A stretch of 51,616 nucleotides of DNA from an uncultured bacterium (GCA_965539945.1 CBETWD010000001.1:1-51616); one strand, 5' to 3'; positions 27,109-35,577 are shown, counted from the stretch's first letter. Numbers and translations are program-made. Notes: a model not told the origin generated them from the letters alone.

Positions 27109-27295
27109 TTGAGTGATTTGGTGATTTGAGAGAAGGGAATTTATTTGAAATCGCAGATGCAGGCAGATTGTGAACTTAGCGCCCTCCGGGCGGACTTAGA
27201 AAATGGAAATTCCTATACTGTGAATTTAACTATGAGCCGAGAAATACATAAGCACAAAACAATCACCAAATCACCAAATCACCAAATCACCAAAT
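27090..27295. mobile_element. Family B composite element spanning the whole murD-murG junction (inverted octamer arms around a core with a GC hairpin)
   Basis: Left arm GGTGATT units (27090-27129), right arm AATCACCA units (27259-27295). The core contains ACTTAGCGCCCTCCGGGCGGACTT (27174-27199). Confidence 0.8.
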
Positions 27296-28488
27296 TAGTC
27301 GTGGCTGGTGGCGGCACAGGTGGACACGTGTTTCCCGGAATGGCCGTGGCTGAGGCCATGGAGTCCCATGGCCGTATAGATGTTCTATGGATAGGCACAG
27401 GCCGCCCGGTGGAAAAAAATGCACTCTCAGGACGTAAATGGGATTACCGAATCCTGAACACAAGGCCTCTTAGGGGCTCAGGCCTTGCGGCAACCATGCG
27501 TTCTTTGGCTGGACTTCCTTTCTCCACGATCAGGGCGTGTTCGTGGCTTAAATCATTCAGGCCTCATGTGGTACTGGGTGTCGGGGGATATGTCTCCGGG
27601 CCTGCACTTCTTGCAGCGAGAATGTTGCGGATACCCGCAGCCCTCCATGAGCAGAACCTTATCCCCGGGCTCACAAATCGTTTGGCCTCCAGGTTCGCAA
27701 AGACAGTGTTTGTGAGCTTTAAAGAAACTGTTAAGTACTTTCCAAAAAACAGGGTAATTTTTACTGGAAATCCCATACGGAAAAACATAATTCAATCACT
27801 CAATCATTCAATCACCAAATCATTAGCCACAGACCCACACAGACACACACGGACATTTCAATCACCAAATCACTCAATCACCAAATCACTCAATCTTCTG
27901 GTCCTGGGAGGCAGTCAGGGTGCCAGATGCCTGAACCGGCTTGCCGGTTCGGCCATACAGGTTTTGTGGCAATCCGGTTTTCATTTGGAAATTATTCACC
28001 AAACCGGCAAGCTGGATGTGTCACATGTTGAGAAATTTTACAAGGATGCAAACATTCCGGCCAAAGTGACCCCATTTATCTCTAACATTGGTGAATCCTA
28101 TTCCTGGGCAGACCTGGTTATCTGCCGGGCCGGAGCGGGTACTCTGGCTGAGCTCACAACCTTGGGAAAGCCCTCGATCCTCATTCCCTATCCCTGGGCA
28201 ACTGACAGCCATCAGGATGCCAACGCCAGAGAACTGACTGAAGCCGGGGCTGCCAAATACTTCCTGGAAGAAGAAATCGGTGCTATAAAACTGGCGGGAG
28301 AGATACAGTCTTTGCTGGAGGATCCCCAAAAGCTCATCAATATGGGAGAAAATGCTCGAAAACTTGGAAAACCAACGGCAGCCGCAGAGATAGCCTCTAC
28401 ACTGATAGAGATGGCCGGACATACTTTTTCATATTCTGAAACAGAAACTAATTCATTGAAAGGTTCTACAGTACGTAACCATGTATAA
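27232..28488 (+). CDS. murG: Undecaprenyldiphospho-muramoylpentapeptide beta-N-acetylglucosaminyltransferase MurG, with repeat-encoded N-terminus and repeat-encoded interdomain insert
   Basis: VVAGGGTGGHVFPG, LLVLGGSQGA, and a C-terminal GT28 domain (ICRAGAGTLAEL). The start is uncertain: ATG 27232 is chosen here, and the TTG at 27145 in the ORF track would translate the junction element core. Confidence 0.85.
   Translation: MSREIHKHKTITKSPNHQITKLVVAGGGTGGHVFPGMAVAEAMESHGRIDVLWIGTGRPVEKNALSGRKWDYRILNTRPLRGSGLAATMRSLAGLPFSTIRACSWLKSFRPHVVLGVGGYVSGPALLAARMLRIPAALHEQNLIPGLTNRLASRFAKTVFVSFKETVKYFPKNRVIFTGNPIRKNIIQSLNHSITKSLATDPHRHTRTFQSPNHSITKSLNLLVLGGSQGARCLNRLAGSAIQVLWQSGFHLEIIHQTGKLDVSHVEKFYKDANIPAKVTPFISNIGESYSWADLVICRAGAGTLAELTTLGKPSILIPYPWATDSHQDANARELTEAGAAKYFLEEEIGAIKLAGEIQSLLEDPQKLINMGENARKLGKPTAAAEIASTLIEMAGHTFSYSETETNSLKGSTVRNHV
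27789..27894 (+). mobile_element. Family B module inserted in-frame in the murG interdomain linker (about 35 codons: ..QSLNHSITKSLATDPHRHTRTFQSPNHSITKSLN..)
   Basis: It has the same arms and core as the intergenic copy at 25611-25688, in opposite orientation. The reading frame is maintained into LLVLGGSQGA. Confidence 0.85.
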
Positions 28489-29875
28489 AAAACAACATAT
28501 GCATTTTATAGGAATTGGCGGAATAGGCATGAGCGGCCTTGCAAAGGTCCTTCTTAATCTTGGATATAGAGTCACGGGTTCTGATTTGCGTGAGACTGAA
28601 ATCACCAGGTCCCTCAAAGAATTGGGGGGTACAATTTACAGGGATCACGCCCCTGAAAATATTCAGGGCGCAGACGTGGTGGTGATTTCCTCTGCTGTCA
28701 GAGAAAACAACCCTGAGGTTCAGGAGGCTTATTCTGCCCAAATTCCAGTCATACCAAGGGCTGAAATGCTTGCGGAATTGATGCGGCTTAAGAAGTTCGG
28801 CATAGCAGTGGCCGGGGCCCATGGAAAGACCAGCACGACCTCCATGCTCTCTTCTGTGCTTCGCGCCGGTGGCCTTGATCCAACGGTCATCATAGGAGGG
28901 AAGGTGAATGGCCTGGGAAGCAATGCCTGTTGGGGACAGGGCGAGTTCCTGATAGCAGAAGCCGATGAGAGTGACGGAAGCTTTTTGCGCCTTACGCCAA
29001 GCATAGCTGTAGTAACCAATATAGACAAGGAACACCTGGACTATTATCCGGACTTGAATGCCATAATCCGGTGTTTTCTGGATTTTATAGACAAAGTCCC
29101 TTTCTATGGTCTTGCCATACTCTGCGGAGATGATCCCCACCTCAGAGAAATGCTCCCGGTAGTAAAAAAACGGGTAATGACTTATGGGACAGGACCTGAG
29201 TCTGATCTGCAGGCCAGAGATATCACCTTTGAAGGCCTGGGAGTATCCTTTAATGCCTGGTGGCAAAACTCCGAACTCGGCGAGATACAACTCAAGGTTC
29301 CCGGGCTGCACCATGTAAGAAATTCCCTGGCTGCAACGGCCCTGGGACTTGAACTTGAGATACCCTTTCACAAGATCCGGACCGGTCTTATGTCATATGA
29401 AGGCGTAAGCAGACGATTTGAGATATTGGGTGAAACAGAGGGAGTGACAGTAGTAGATGATTACGCCCACCACCCCACTGAGATACGGGCCACCCTCTCA
29501 GCTGCCAGGGCATGTTGGCCTGAACGCCGGCTCGTGGTTCTTTTTGAACCCCACCGGTACAGCAGAACCCAGATATTAATGGACGATTTCACCACGGCCT
29601 TTGGGGAAGCTGATGAACTATGGCTGACGGAAATCTATCCAGCCAGTGAAACTCCCATAGTAGGAGTCAGCGGAAAACGTCTGGCAAGAAACATCAGGGA
29701 TAGACGTGGTGGACCAGTGCACTATGTAGAGTCCTGCGGGGATCTTCCTCGGGTAGTTGTACCAAGCCTGCAGGAGGGTGACGTGGTCATGACTCTTGGG
29801 GCCGGTGCCATAGGGCGTATGGGACCAAAAATTCTGGACATGCTTAAGACAAAGGAGTCAGCGCTTGCTCTCTAA
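28481..29875 (+). CDS. murC: UDP-N-acetylmuramate-L-alanine ligase MurC
   Basis: 464 aa. HFIGIGGIGMSGLA, GAHGKTSTTSM, DDYAHHPTE. The start overlaps the murG stop. Confidence 0.95.
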   Translation: MYKKQHMHFIGIGGIGMSGLAKVLLNLGYRVTGSDLRETEITRSLKELGGTIYRDHAPENIQGADVVVISSAVRENNPEVQEAYSAQIPVIPRAEMLAELMRLKKFGIAVAGAHGKTSTTSMLSSVLRAGGLDPTVIIGGKVNGLGSNACWGQGEFLIAEADESDGSFLRLTPSIAVVTNIDKEHLDYYPDLNAIIRCFLDFIDKVPFYGLAILCGDDPHLREMLPVVKKRVMTYGTGPESDLQARDITFEGLGVSFNAWWQNSELGEIQLKVPGLHHVRNSLAATALGLELEIPFHKIRTGLMSYEGVSRRFEILGETEGVTVVDDYAHHPTEIRATLSAARACWPERRLVVLFEPHRYSRTQILMDDFTTAFGEADELWLTEIYPASETPIVGVSGKRLARNIRDRRGGPVHYVESCGDLPRVVVPSLQEGDVVMTLGAGAIGRMGPKILDMLKTKESALAL

Positions 29876-30785
29876 GGATCTAGAAAGGATAGAAGATCTT
29901 CAGGTGCGCAAGAATGTTCCGCTTTTACCGCTAACAAGCTTTCGCATAGGCGGGCCTGCGCATCTATTTCTGGTTCCACGGACCTTGAAGGCCCTTGAAC
30001 AGACCATTTCTTATCTCAGTAATCGTTCCATATCCTATAAGGTGCTGGGCCAGGGGAGCAACCTGTTGATCAGCGATAAAGGCGTGAAGCTGGTCATGAC
30101 CCTGACAGCCCTGAATCGCATCCACTCTTTGCAACATGGGAGAACAGCTCATGGCCATCCCTTTAAAACAGTGTCTGTAGAGGCAGGATGCAGGCTGAAG
30201 TCTCTTCTTTCCTGGTCCATACGCAACGGCCTGTGTGGTCTTGAGAATCTTTCGGGCATTCCGGCCAGTGTAGGTGGGGCCATATCCATGAACGCAGGCA
30301 CTAACAAGTGCTCCATGGCGGAAGCGATAGACGCTGTGCAATTTACAGGGCCGGACGGGAGTTGCTGGTTCCGGAGAGATCAATTGCAATTTGATTACAG
30401 GTCTTTCAGACTGCCGGACAAGACCCTTATCTCTGCTGCTGGAATTCAATTTGGCAAAAGCAGCCCTGATCAGATCAGGCGCCGTGTCAGAAAGGTGATG
30501 TACAAACGGAGAACCACCCAGCCTATAGGAAAACCAAGCGCAGGGTGCATTTTTAGAAATCCTCCGGGAGATTCAGCAGGAAAGCTTATAGACCAATGTG
30601 GACTCAAGGGTCTTAGGATCGGGGACGCCGAGGTATCCAAAAGGCATGCGAATTTTATTGTAAACCGTGGGAAAGCCGGTGCCGTACAGGTAATGGACTT
30701 GCTGGAAATTATTAGAGAGCGTGTAAAAAAAGAGACTGATGTAGAACTTGTCCCGGAAGTATCTATTTGGGGTATGGAAACATGA
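29865..30785 (+). CDS. murB: UDP-N-acetylenolpyruvoylglucosamine reductase MurB
   Basis: 306 aa with a TTG start. FRIGGPA, GQGSNLL, SAGCIFRNP, SKRHANFIVN. Confidence 0.9.
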   Translation: MLSKDLERIEDLQVRKNVPLLPLTSFRIGGPAHLFLVPRTLKALEQTISYLSNRSISYKVLGQGSNLLISDKGVKLVMTLTALNRIHSLQHGRTAHGHPFKTVSVEAGCRLKSLLSWSIRNGLCGLENLSGIPASVGGAISMNAGTNKCSMAEAIDAVQFTGPDGSCWFRRDQLQFDYRSFRLPDKTLISAAGIQFGKSSPDQIRRRVRKVMYKRRTTQPIGKPSAGCIFRNPPGDSAGKLIDQCGLKGLRIGDAEVSKRHANFIVNRGKAGAVQVMDLLEIIRERVKKETDVELVPEVSIWGMET

Positions 30786-31627
30786 AAATTAGAAGGCGGT
30801 CTTCAGAATTCAGGTCTTCAGCACGTAGCTCCGGCTCGCGGAACAAGTCTACCAAACCGGTATTTTCCGTATCGTGGCCTTTTCACCCTAAAATATTGAT
30901 TGGCATAGCTATAATGTGCCTTGGCCTTGCCGGCTTTTTTATGTGTCACCATTGGGCATGTCAATCTGACCTTTTCAGGGTCTGTCAAGTCCTGGTTAAA
31001 GGCTGCGATCGCATCACAGAAGAGGAGATTTTACAACTGAGCAATGTGACCGCCAAGGACAATCTCCTGTCTCTCGATCTGAAATCAATTGCAACGTCCA
31101 TAGAGGTGCATCCATGGGTCCATACTGTTGAAGTTAAGAGAAAACTGCCGGATCACCTAATGATTACGATCAAAGAACGTACTCCGGTAGCCCTGTTGAA
31201 TTCTGACAAAATCTATTTGGTTGATAAACAAGGTGAAATTATCGATAAACTTTCTACGGAAGATCCCATCTCTCTTCCCATCATTACCGGGATTGATCCA
31301 AAGAACATAAAAAATCACCAAATCACCAAATCACCAAATCACCAAATCCAAAAGGCCCTGGAATTAATATCCATGGCAAGCAAGGGCACAAGGACTCTGG
31401 GTGTAAACAATATTAGCCAAATAGACATAGCCAAGAAAGATATCTTAATACTTTATACATCTGACAGCGGTATTCCTTTTCACTTTGATACTGAAAATCT
31501 CAGTGCCCAATTCAGTAAGGCGGAAAAGGTCCTGTATCAACTCTATCGCTCAGGAATATATAAGAAAGCAGCTAAGGTTGATTTGGATTACGGCCCTGGT
31601 CAGGCTTTAACCAGTCTGAAACATTAG
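30782..31627 (+). CDS. ftsQ: Cell division protein FtsQ (POTRA domain) with an in-frame octamer-repeat insert
   Basis: TM helix, then POTRA (VKGCDRITEEEILQLS..VHPWVHTVEVKRKLPDHLMITIKERTP). I chose the ATG 30782, which overlaps the murB TGA; the track start is TTG 30767. Confidence 0.8.
   Translation: MKIRRRSSEFRSSARSSGSRNKSTKPVFSVSWPFHPKILIGIAIMCLGLAGFFMCHHWACQSDLFRVCQVLVKGCDRITEEEILQLSNVTAKDNLLSLDLKSIATSIEVHPWVHTVEVKRKLPDHLMITIKERTPVALLNSDKIYLVDKQGEIIDKLSTEDPISLPIITGIDPKNIKNHQITKSPNHQIQKALELISMASKGTRTLGVNNISQIDIAKKDILILYTSDSGIPFHFDTENLSAQFSKAEKVLYQLYRSGIYKKAAKVDLDYGPGQALTSLKH
31311..31348 (+). repeat. Family B octamer repeat in-frame in ftsQ ([14 protein letters not shown])
   Basis: AAATCACC x4 plus a partial unit, directly visible. 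Confidence 0.9.
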
Positions 31628-31638
31628 GAGAGGAAAAG

Positions 31639-32859
31639 GTGGAGAGACCCGGTAACATAATTGTCGGCCTAGACATCGGCACTACTAAAATATGTGCAGT
31701 AGTGAGTGAGTTCAACGAAAAGGGTGCTGAGATTATAGGCGTGGGGACTTATCCTTCTGTAGGTCTTCGCAAGGGAGTGGTTGTCAATATAGACAATACG
31801 GTCGATTCCATACAGAGGTCTATGGAAGAGGCCGAACTCATGGCCGGGTGTGAAATCGGCTCAGTGTTCATTGGTATTGCCGGTAGCCATATAAAGGGCT
31901 TCAACAGCCATGGGGTGATAGCCGTAAAGGGCCAGGAGGTCTCACAGGAGGACGTTGACAGAGTCATAGATGCGGCAAGGGCCGTAGCCATACCCCTTGA
32001 TAGGGAGGTCATACATATTCTGCCGCAAGAGTACATTGTAGATGAGCAGGGAGGGATCCTGGACCCTGTCGGGATAACCGGGGTAAGGCTGGAAGCCAAA
32101 GTACATATAGTGACAGGAGCAGTTACGGCTGCACAGAACCTTATCAAGTGCGCAAACAGGGCAGGGCTTGACGTAGTTGACATAGTTTTTCAGCCCCTTG
32201 CCTCAGCCGAAGCAGTCTTAACCCAGGAGGAAAAGGACCTGGGGGTGGCCCTTGTTGACTTTGGGGGTGGTACTACTGATCTTGCTCTGTTTACTGAAAG
32301 TGCCATCAAACACACAGCCGTGCTGGGACTTGGCGGCAACAACCTCACTAATGACATAGCAGTCGGGTTAAGGACACCAAGTCAAGAGGCTGAACAAATA
32401 AAGATAGGCCACGGCAGTTGCCTCAACTCTTTGGTAGATAAAGATCAGATGATAGAAGTGCCCAGTGTGGGAGGGCGCAAACCCAGGCTTTTGTCCAGGC
32501 ACATCCTGTCTGAAATACTTGAGCCCAGAGTGGAGGAGATCTTTACTTTGGTTGATCGGGAAATAGAACGGACAGGACTTAAAGAACTACTAGCTTCAGG
32601 GGTGGTTATAACCGGAGGCTCTGCCCTCCTGCCTGGAATCGCCGAAATTGCGGATCAGGTGTTCCAGTTACCCACAAGAATTGGCTATCCGCAGCGGATC
32701 TCCGGTCTGGTGGACGTGGTCAACGGACCCATGTTCGCGACTGCCGTAGGCCTTGTGCTCTATGGCATGGAACATCAGCCGCAACAGAAATTCCGGATAA
32801 GAGACGGGAATATATTCAACAGGGTAACCCTTCGTATGAAGTCATGGTTTAAGATTTAA
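31639..32859 (+). CDS. ftsA: Cell division protein FtsA
   Basis: 406 aa with a GTG start after AGGAGAGGAAAAG. Actin-like ATPase motifs GLDIGTTKI and DFGGGTTD. Confidence 0.95.
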   Translation: MERPGNIIVGLDIGTTKICAVVSEFNEKGAEIIGVGTYPSVGLRKGVVVNIDNTVDSIQRSMEEAELMAGCEIGSVFIGIAGSHIKGFNSHGVIAVKGQEVSQEDVDRVIDAARAVAIPLDREVIHILPQEYIVDEQGGILDPVGITGVRLEAKVHIVTGAVTAAQNLIKCANRAGLDVVDIVFQPLASAEAVLTQEEKDLGVALVDFGGGTTDLALFTESAIKHTAVLGLGGNNLTNDIAVGLRTPSQEAEQIKIGHGSCLNSLVDKDQMIEVPSVGGRKPRLLSRHILSEILEPRVEEIFTLVDREIERTGLKELLASGVVITGGSALLPGIAEIADQVFQLPTRIGYPQRISGLVDVVNGPMFATAVGLVLYGMEHQPQQKFRIRDGNIFNRVTLRMKSWFKI

Positions 32860-32898
32860 AACAAATTTCTAACCTGTTCGAGTTGGAGGACTAAGCAT

Positions 32899-34086
32899 AT
32901 GTCTTTTGAGTTTATAGAACCAAAACTCACTGCAAAGATAAAGGCAATTGGAGTCGGAGGTGGAGGCGGAAACGCTATTAACAGTATGATAATCTCCGAA
33001 CTCAAGGGTGTGGAATTCATAGCTGCAAACACGGATTCCCAGGCCCTTGAAGTATCCAGGGCCGCCACAAAGATTCAGCTGGGTAAAGAACTCACCAAGG
33101 GACTCGGAGCAGGAGCAAAACCTGGAATTGGCAGGGAAGCCGCAGAAGAGAGCATAGACGATATCCGGGCAATGCTGGAAGGAAGTGATATGGTCTTCAT
33201 TACTGCCGGAATGGGTGGAGGTACCGGCACCGGAGGGGCCCCTGTTATTGCAGAAATCAGTAAGGAAATGGGTGCTCTCACAGTAGCAGTAGTGACAAAA
33301 CCGTTTTCCTTTGAAGGAAAACGCAGAATTCGCGTTGCTGAAGAGGGAATAGAAGAATTAAAAGATGTTGTAGATACTATAATAACCATTCCAAACGACC
33401 GGCTCAGAAGCCTTGCCCAACCCAACACTCCGATACTGGAGATGTTCCGAAAGGCAGATGAGGTCCTTTACTATGCAGTAAGAGGTATTTCAGACCTCAT
33501 CGTCCTGAGAGGGTATATAAACGTAGATTTCGCAGATGTTCGCACTGTTACGGCTGAAATGGGGATGGCCCTCATGGGTACAGGTGTTGCCAAAGGATCA
33601 CGCAGGGCCTTGGAGGCAGTACAAATGGCCATAGCCAATCCCTTGCTTGAGGACATTTCCATAAGCGGAGCCAAGGGTATCCTGATGAATATTACCGCAA
33701 GCAGTTCTACTTTGAGCATGGATGAGGTAGAACAGTCATCTTCCTTGATTCACGATGAGGCCCATGAAGACGCCAATATCATCCTGGGTACTGTATTTGA
33801 TGACGATATAGATGAAGAGATCAGGGTGACAGTCATAGCTACCGGTATAGGGCCTGATGCCCTTTCCTTTGGGAAGCACATTGTTACACCAATAGAATCT
33901 ATTAAGAAAAAGAATAAGACTATAAAGCTGGAACATGATGCAACAACCCACATCCAAAAGGATCCTGTCGGGATATCCGGCTACATAAAGAATCCAGGGA
34001 AACAAATATTAGACTTTGACGGCCTTGATAAAGTGGACACCAATGAATTGGATATTCCTGCTTTTATCAGACGAAAAGCGGATTAA
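32899..34086 (+). CDS. ftsZ: Cell division protein FtsZ
   Basis: 395 aa. GVGGGGGNA, tubulin signature GGGTGTG, and the C-terminal conserved peptide DIPAFIRRKAD. Confidence 0.97.
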   Translation: MSFEFIEPKLTAKIKAIGVGGGGGNAINSMIISELKGVEFIAANTDSQALEVSRAATKIQLGKELTKGLGAGAKPGIGREAAEESIDDIRAMLEGSDMVFITAGMGGGTGTGGAPVIAEISKEMGALTVAVVTKPFSFEGKRRIRVAEEGIEELKDVVDTIITIPNDRLRSLAQPNTPILEMFRKADEVLYYAVRGISDLIVLRGYINVDFADVRTVTAEMGMALMGTGVAKGSRRALEAVQMAIANPLLEDISISGAKGILMNITASSSTLSMDEVEQSSSLIHDEAHEDANIILGTVFDDDIDEEIRVTVIATGIGPDALSFGKHIVTPIESIKKKNKTIKLEHDATTHIQKDPVGISGYIKNPGKQILDFDGLDKVDTNELDIPAFIRRKAD

Positions 34087-34104
34087 GGACCCGCAAAGAG
34101 AATC

Positions 34105-35460
34105 CTAAGCCCCGCAGACCGACTCAACATGATTACACATTTCCAGGGCTATGCTGTTAATCTGTTCCTCATTTTCGCCTTCAACCATTATACGTATAAC
34201 CGGCTCAGTGCCGGAGGGTCTGACAAGTATTCTGCCTTTGCGCTTAAGATCTTTCTCTAGCCGGTCCTGGAGTTCCTTAAGACCGGCGATTTCATCCACA
34301 GTCTTCTTCTCCCGCACGCGGACATTATGCAGTACCTGAGGAAAGGAAGCCATTATGCCGGCAAGTTCTGAAAGGGGCCTTTCTTTCTTTTGCATGACAG
34401 CCAAAAGTTGTAAAGCAGCCAAGATACCATCTCCCGTAGTTATATAATCCAGAAACACCAGGTGTCCTGACTGTTCACCACCGAAGTTGTAACCTGTTCT
34501 TCTCATGGTCTCTACTACATAGCGGTCACCAACCTGTGTTCGGATCAGCCGCCCGCCCTTGTTCTCCAGAGCAACCTCAAGCCCCATGTTGCTCATGACC
34601 GTTGCCACTAAGGTATTTGAGTTGAGCTTACCCCTGTCAATCATATCATAGGCACATATTGCCATGATGTGATCTCCATCAACCACTGAACCCTTTTCAT
34701 CAACCACTATTACACGGTCACCATCCCCGTCAAGTGCGATTCCGATATCGGCCTTGTGCTCGCCCACAGCCTTCTGCATGAGTTCAGGATAAACGGCTCC
34801 GCACTCATGGTTAATGTTGGTACCGTTTGGACTTACGCCCAATTTGATTACCTCAGCCCCAAGTTCTTCAAAAACAGCAGGAGCCACCTTGTAGGTAGCA
34901 CCATGTGCACAGTCCAAAACGATCTTAAGGCCATCCAGGGCGAGATCATTTGGAAACGTATTTTTCACAAATACTATATACCTGCCGGGGGCATCATCGA
35001 TGCGGAATGCCTTGCCGACATCTTGCCCTGTTGGCTGGGATTCTATTAATACTCTTGAATCCATCAGTTCCTCTATTTGCTCCTCTGATTCGTCGGGTAA
35101 TTTAAAGCCATCGCCTGAAAAGAGTTTTATTCCATTATCCTGAAAAAGATTATGGGATGCTGATATCACTACTCCGGCATCAGCTCTCATGTTAGTGGTA
35201 AGAAATGCAATGGCCGGGGTAGGCATGGGCCCTAGCAGCAAAACGTCCACTCCCATTGAACATATTCCGGCTGCAAGCGCATTTTCCAGCATATAGCACG
35301 ATAACCGGGTGTCCTTTCCTATAAGTATCCTGGGATGACGCCCACGACGATTTCTAAACATATAGGCCACGGCACGGCCGATCTTCATGGCAATATCAGT
35401 GGTCATGGGGTGGATATTTGCAACTCCGCGAATGCCGTCTGTACCGAACAATTTGCGCAT
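34105..35460 (-). CDS. glmM: Phosphoglucosamine mutase GlmM
   Basis: 451 aa. LFGTDGIRG, active-site SASHN, GDGDR, GEQSGH. Confidence 0.93.
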   Translation of the reverse strand: MRKLFGTDGIRGVANIHPMTTDIAMKIGRAVAYMFRNRRGRHPRILIGKDTRLSCYMLENALAAGICSMGVDVLLLGPMPTPAIAFLTTNMRADAGVVISASHNLFQDNGIKLFSGDGFKLPDESEEQIEELMDSRVLIESQPTGQDVGKAFRIDDAPGRYIVFVKNTFPNDLALDGLKIVLDCAHGATYKVAPAVFEELGAEVIKLGVSPNGTNINHECGAVYPELMQKAVGEHKADIGIALDGDGDRVIVVDEKGSVVDGDHIMAICAYDMIDRGKLNSNTLVATVMSNMGLEVALENKGGRLIRTQVGDRYVVETMRRTGYNFGGEQSGHLVFLDYITTGDGILAALQLLAVMQKKERPLSELAGIMASFPQVLHNVRVREKKTVDEIAGLKELQDRLEKDLKRKGRILVRPSGTEPVIRIMVEGENEEQINSIALEMCNHVESVCGA

Positions 35461-35485
35461 TTGATGATCTCCTAACCTGGATAAA

Positions 35486-35522
35486 CCGGAATAGTGCCTA
35501 AAGTGAACTAAAGTGCCTAAAG
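35486..35522. repeat. Family H motif (CCGGAATAGTGCCTAAAGTGAACTAAAGTGCCTAAAG), inverted relative to 3588-3615
   Basis: Direct comparison with 3588-3615. It is followed by a CGCGC-TTTCA-GCGCG hairpin. Confidence 0.6.
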
Positions 35523-35577
35523 TTGTGGTGCGCGCTTTCAGCGCGGTTAATATAAATTGATATTAATCCCCCAATCA

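Noticed and set aside
27145-27231. TTG start at 27145 giving a 447-aa MurG with an 87-nt longer 5' end
   Set aside because: The extra region is the core of a repeat element and contains a hairpin module that recurs non-codingly at 30-53. MurG homologues start a few residues before GGGTGGH. I kept it as an alternative only, because the ATG at 27232 lacks a good SD.
23835-31348. Regularly repeated short sequences that could superficially suggest a CRISPR array
   Set aside because: The units are 7-8 nt tandem repeats with no spacers. They lie inside or between housekeeping genes, and no cas genes are present. This is not CRISPR.
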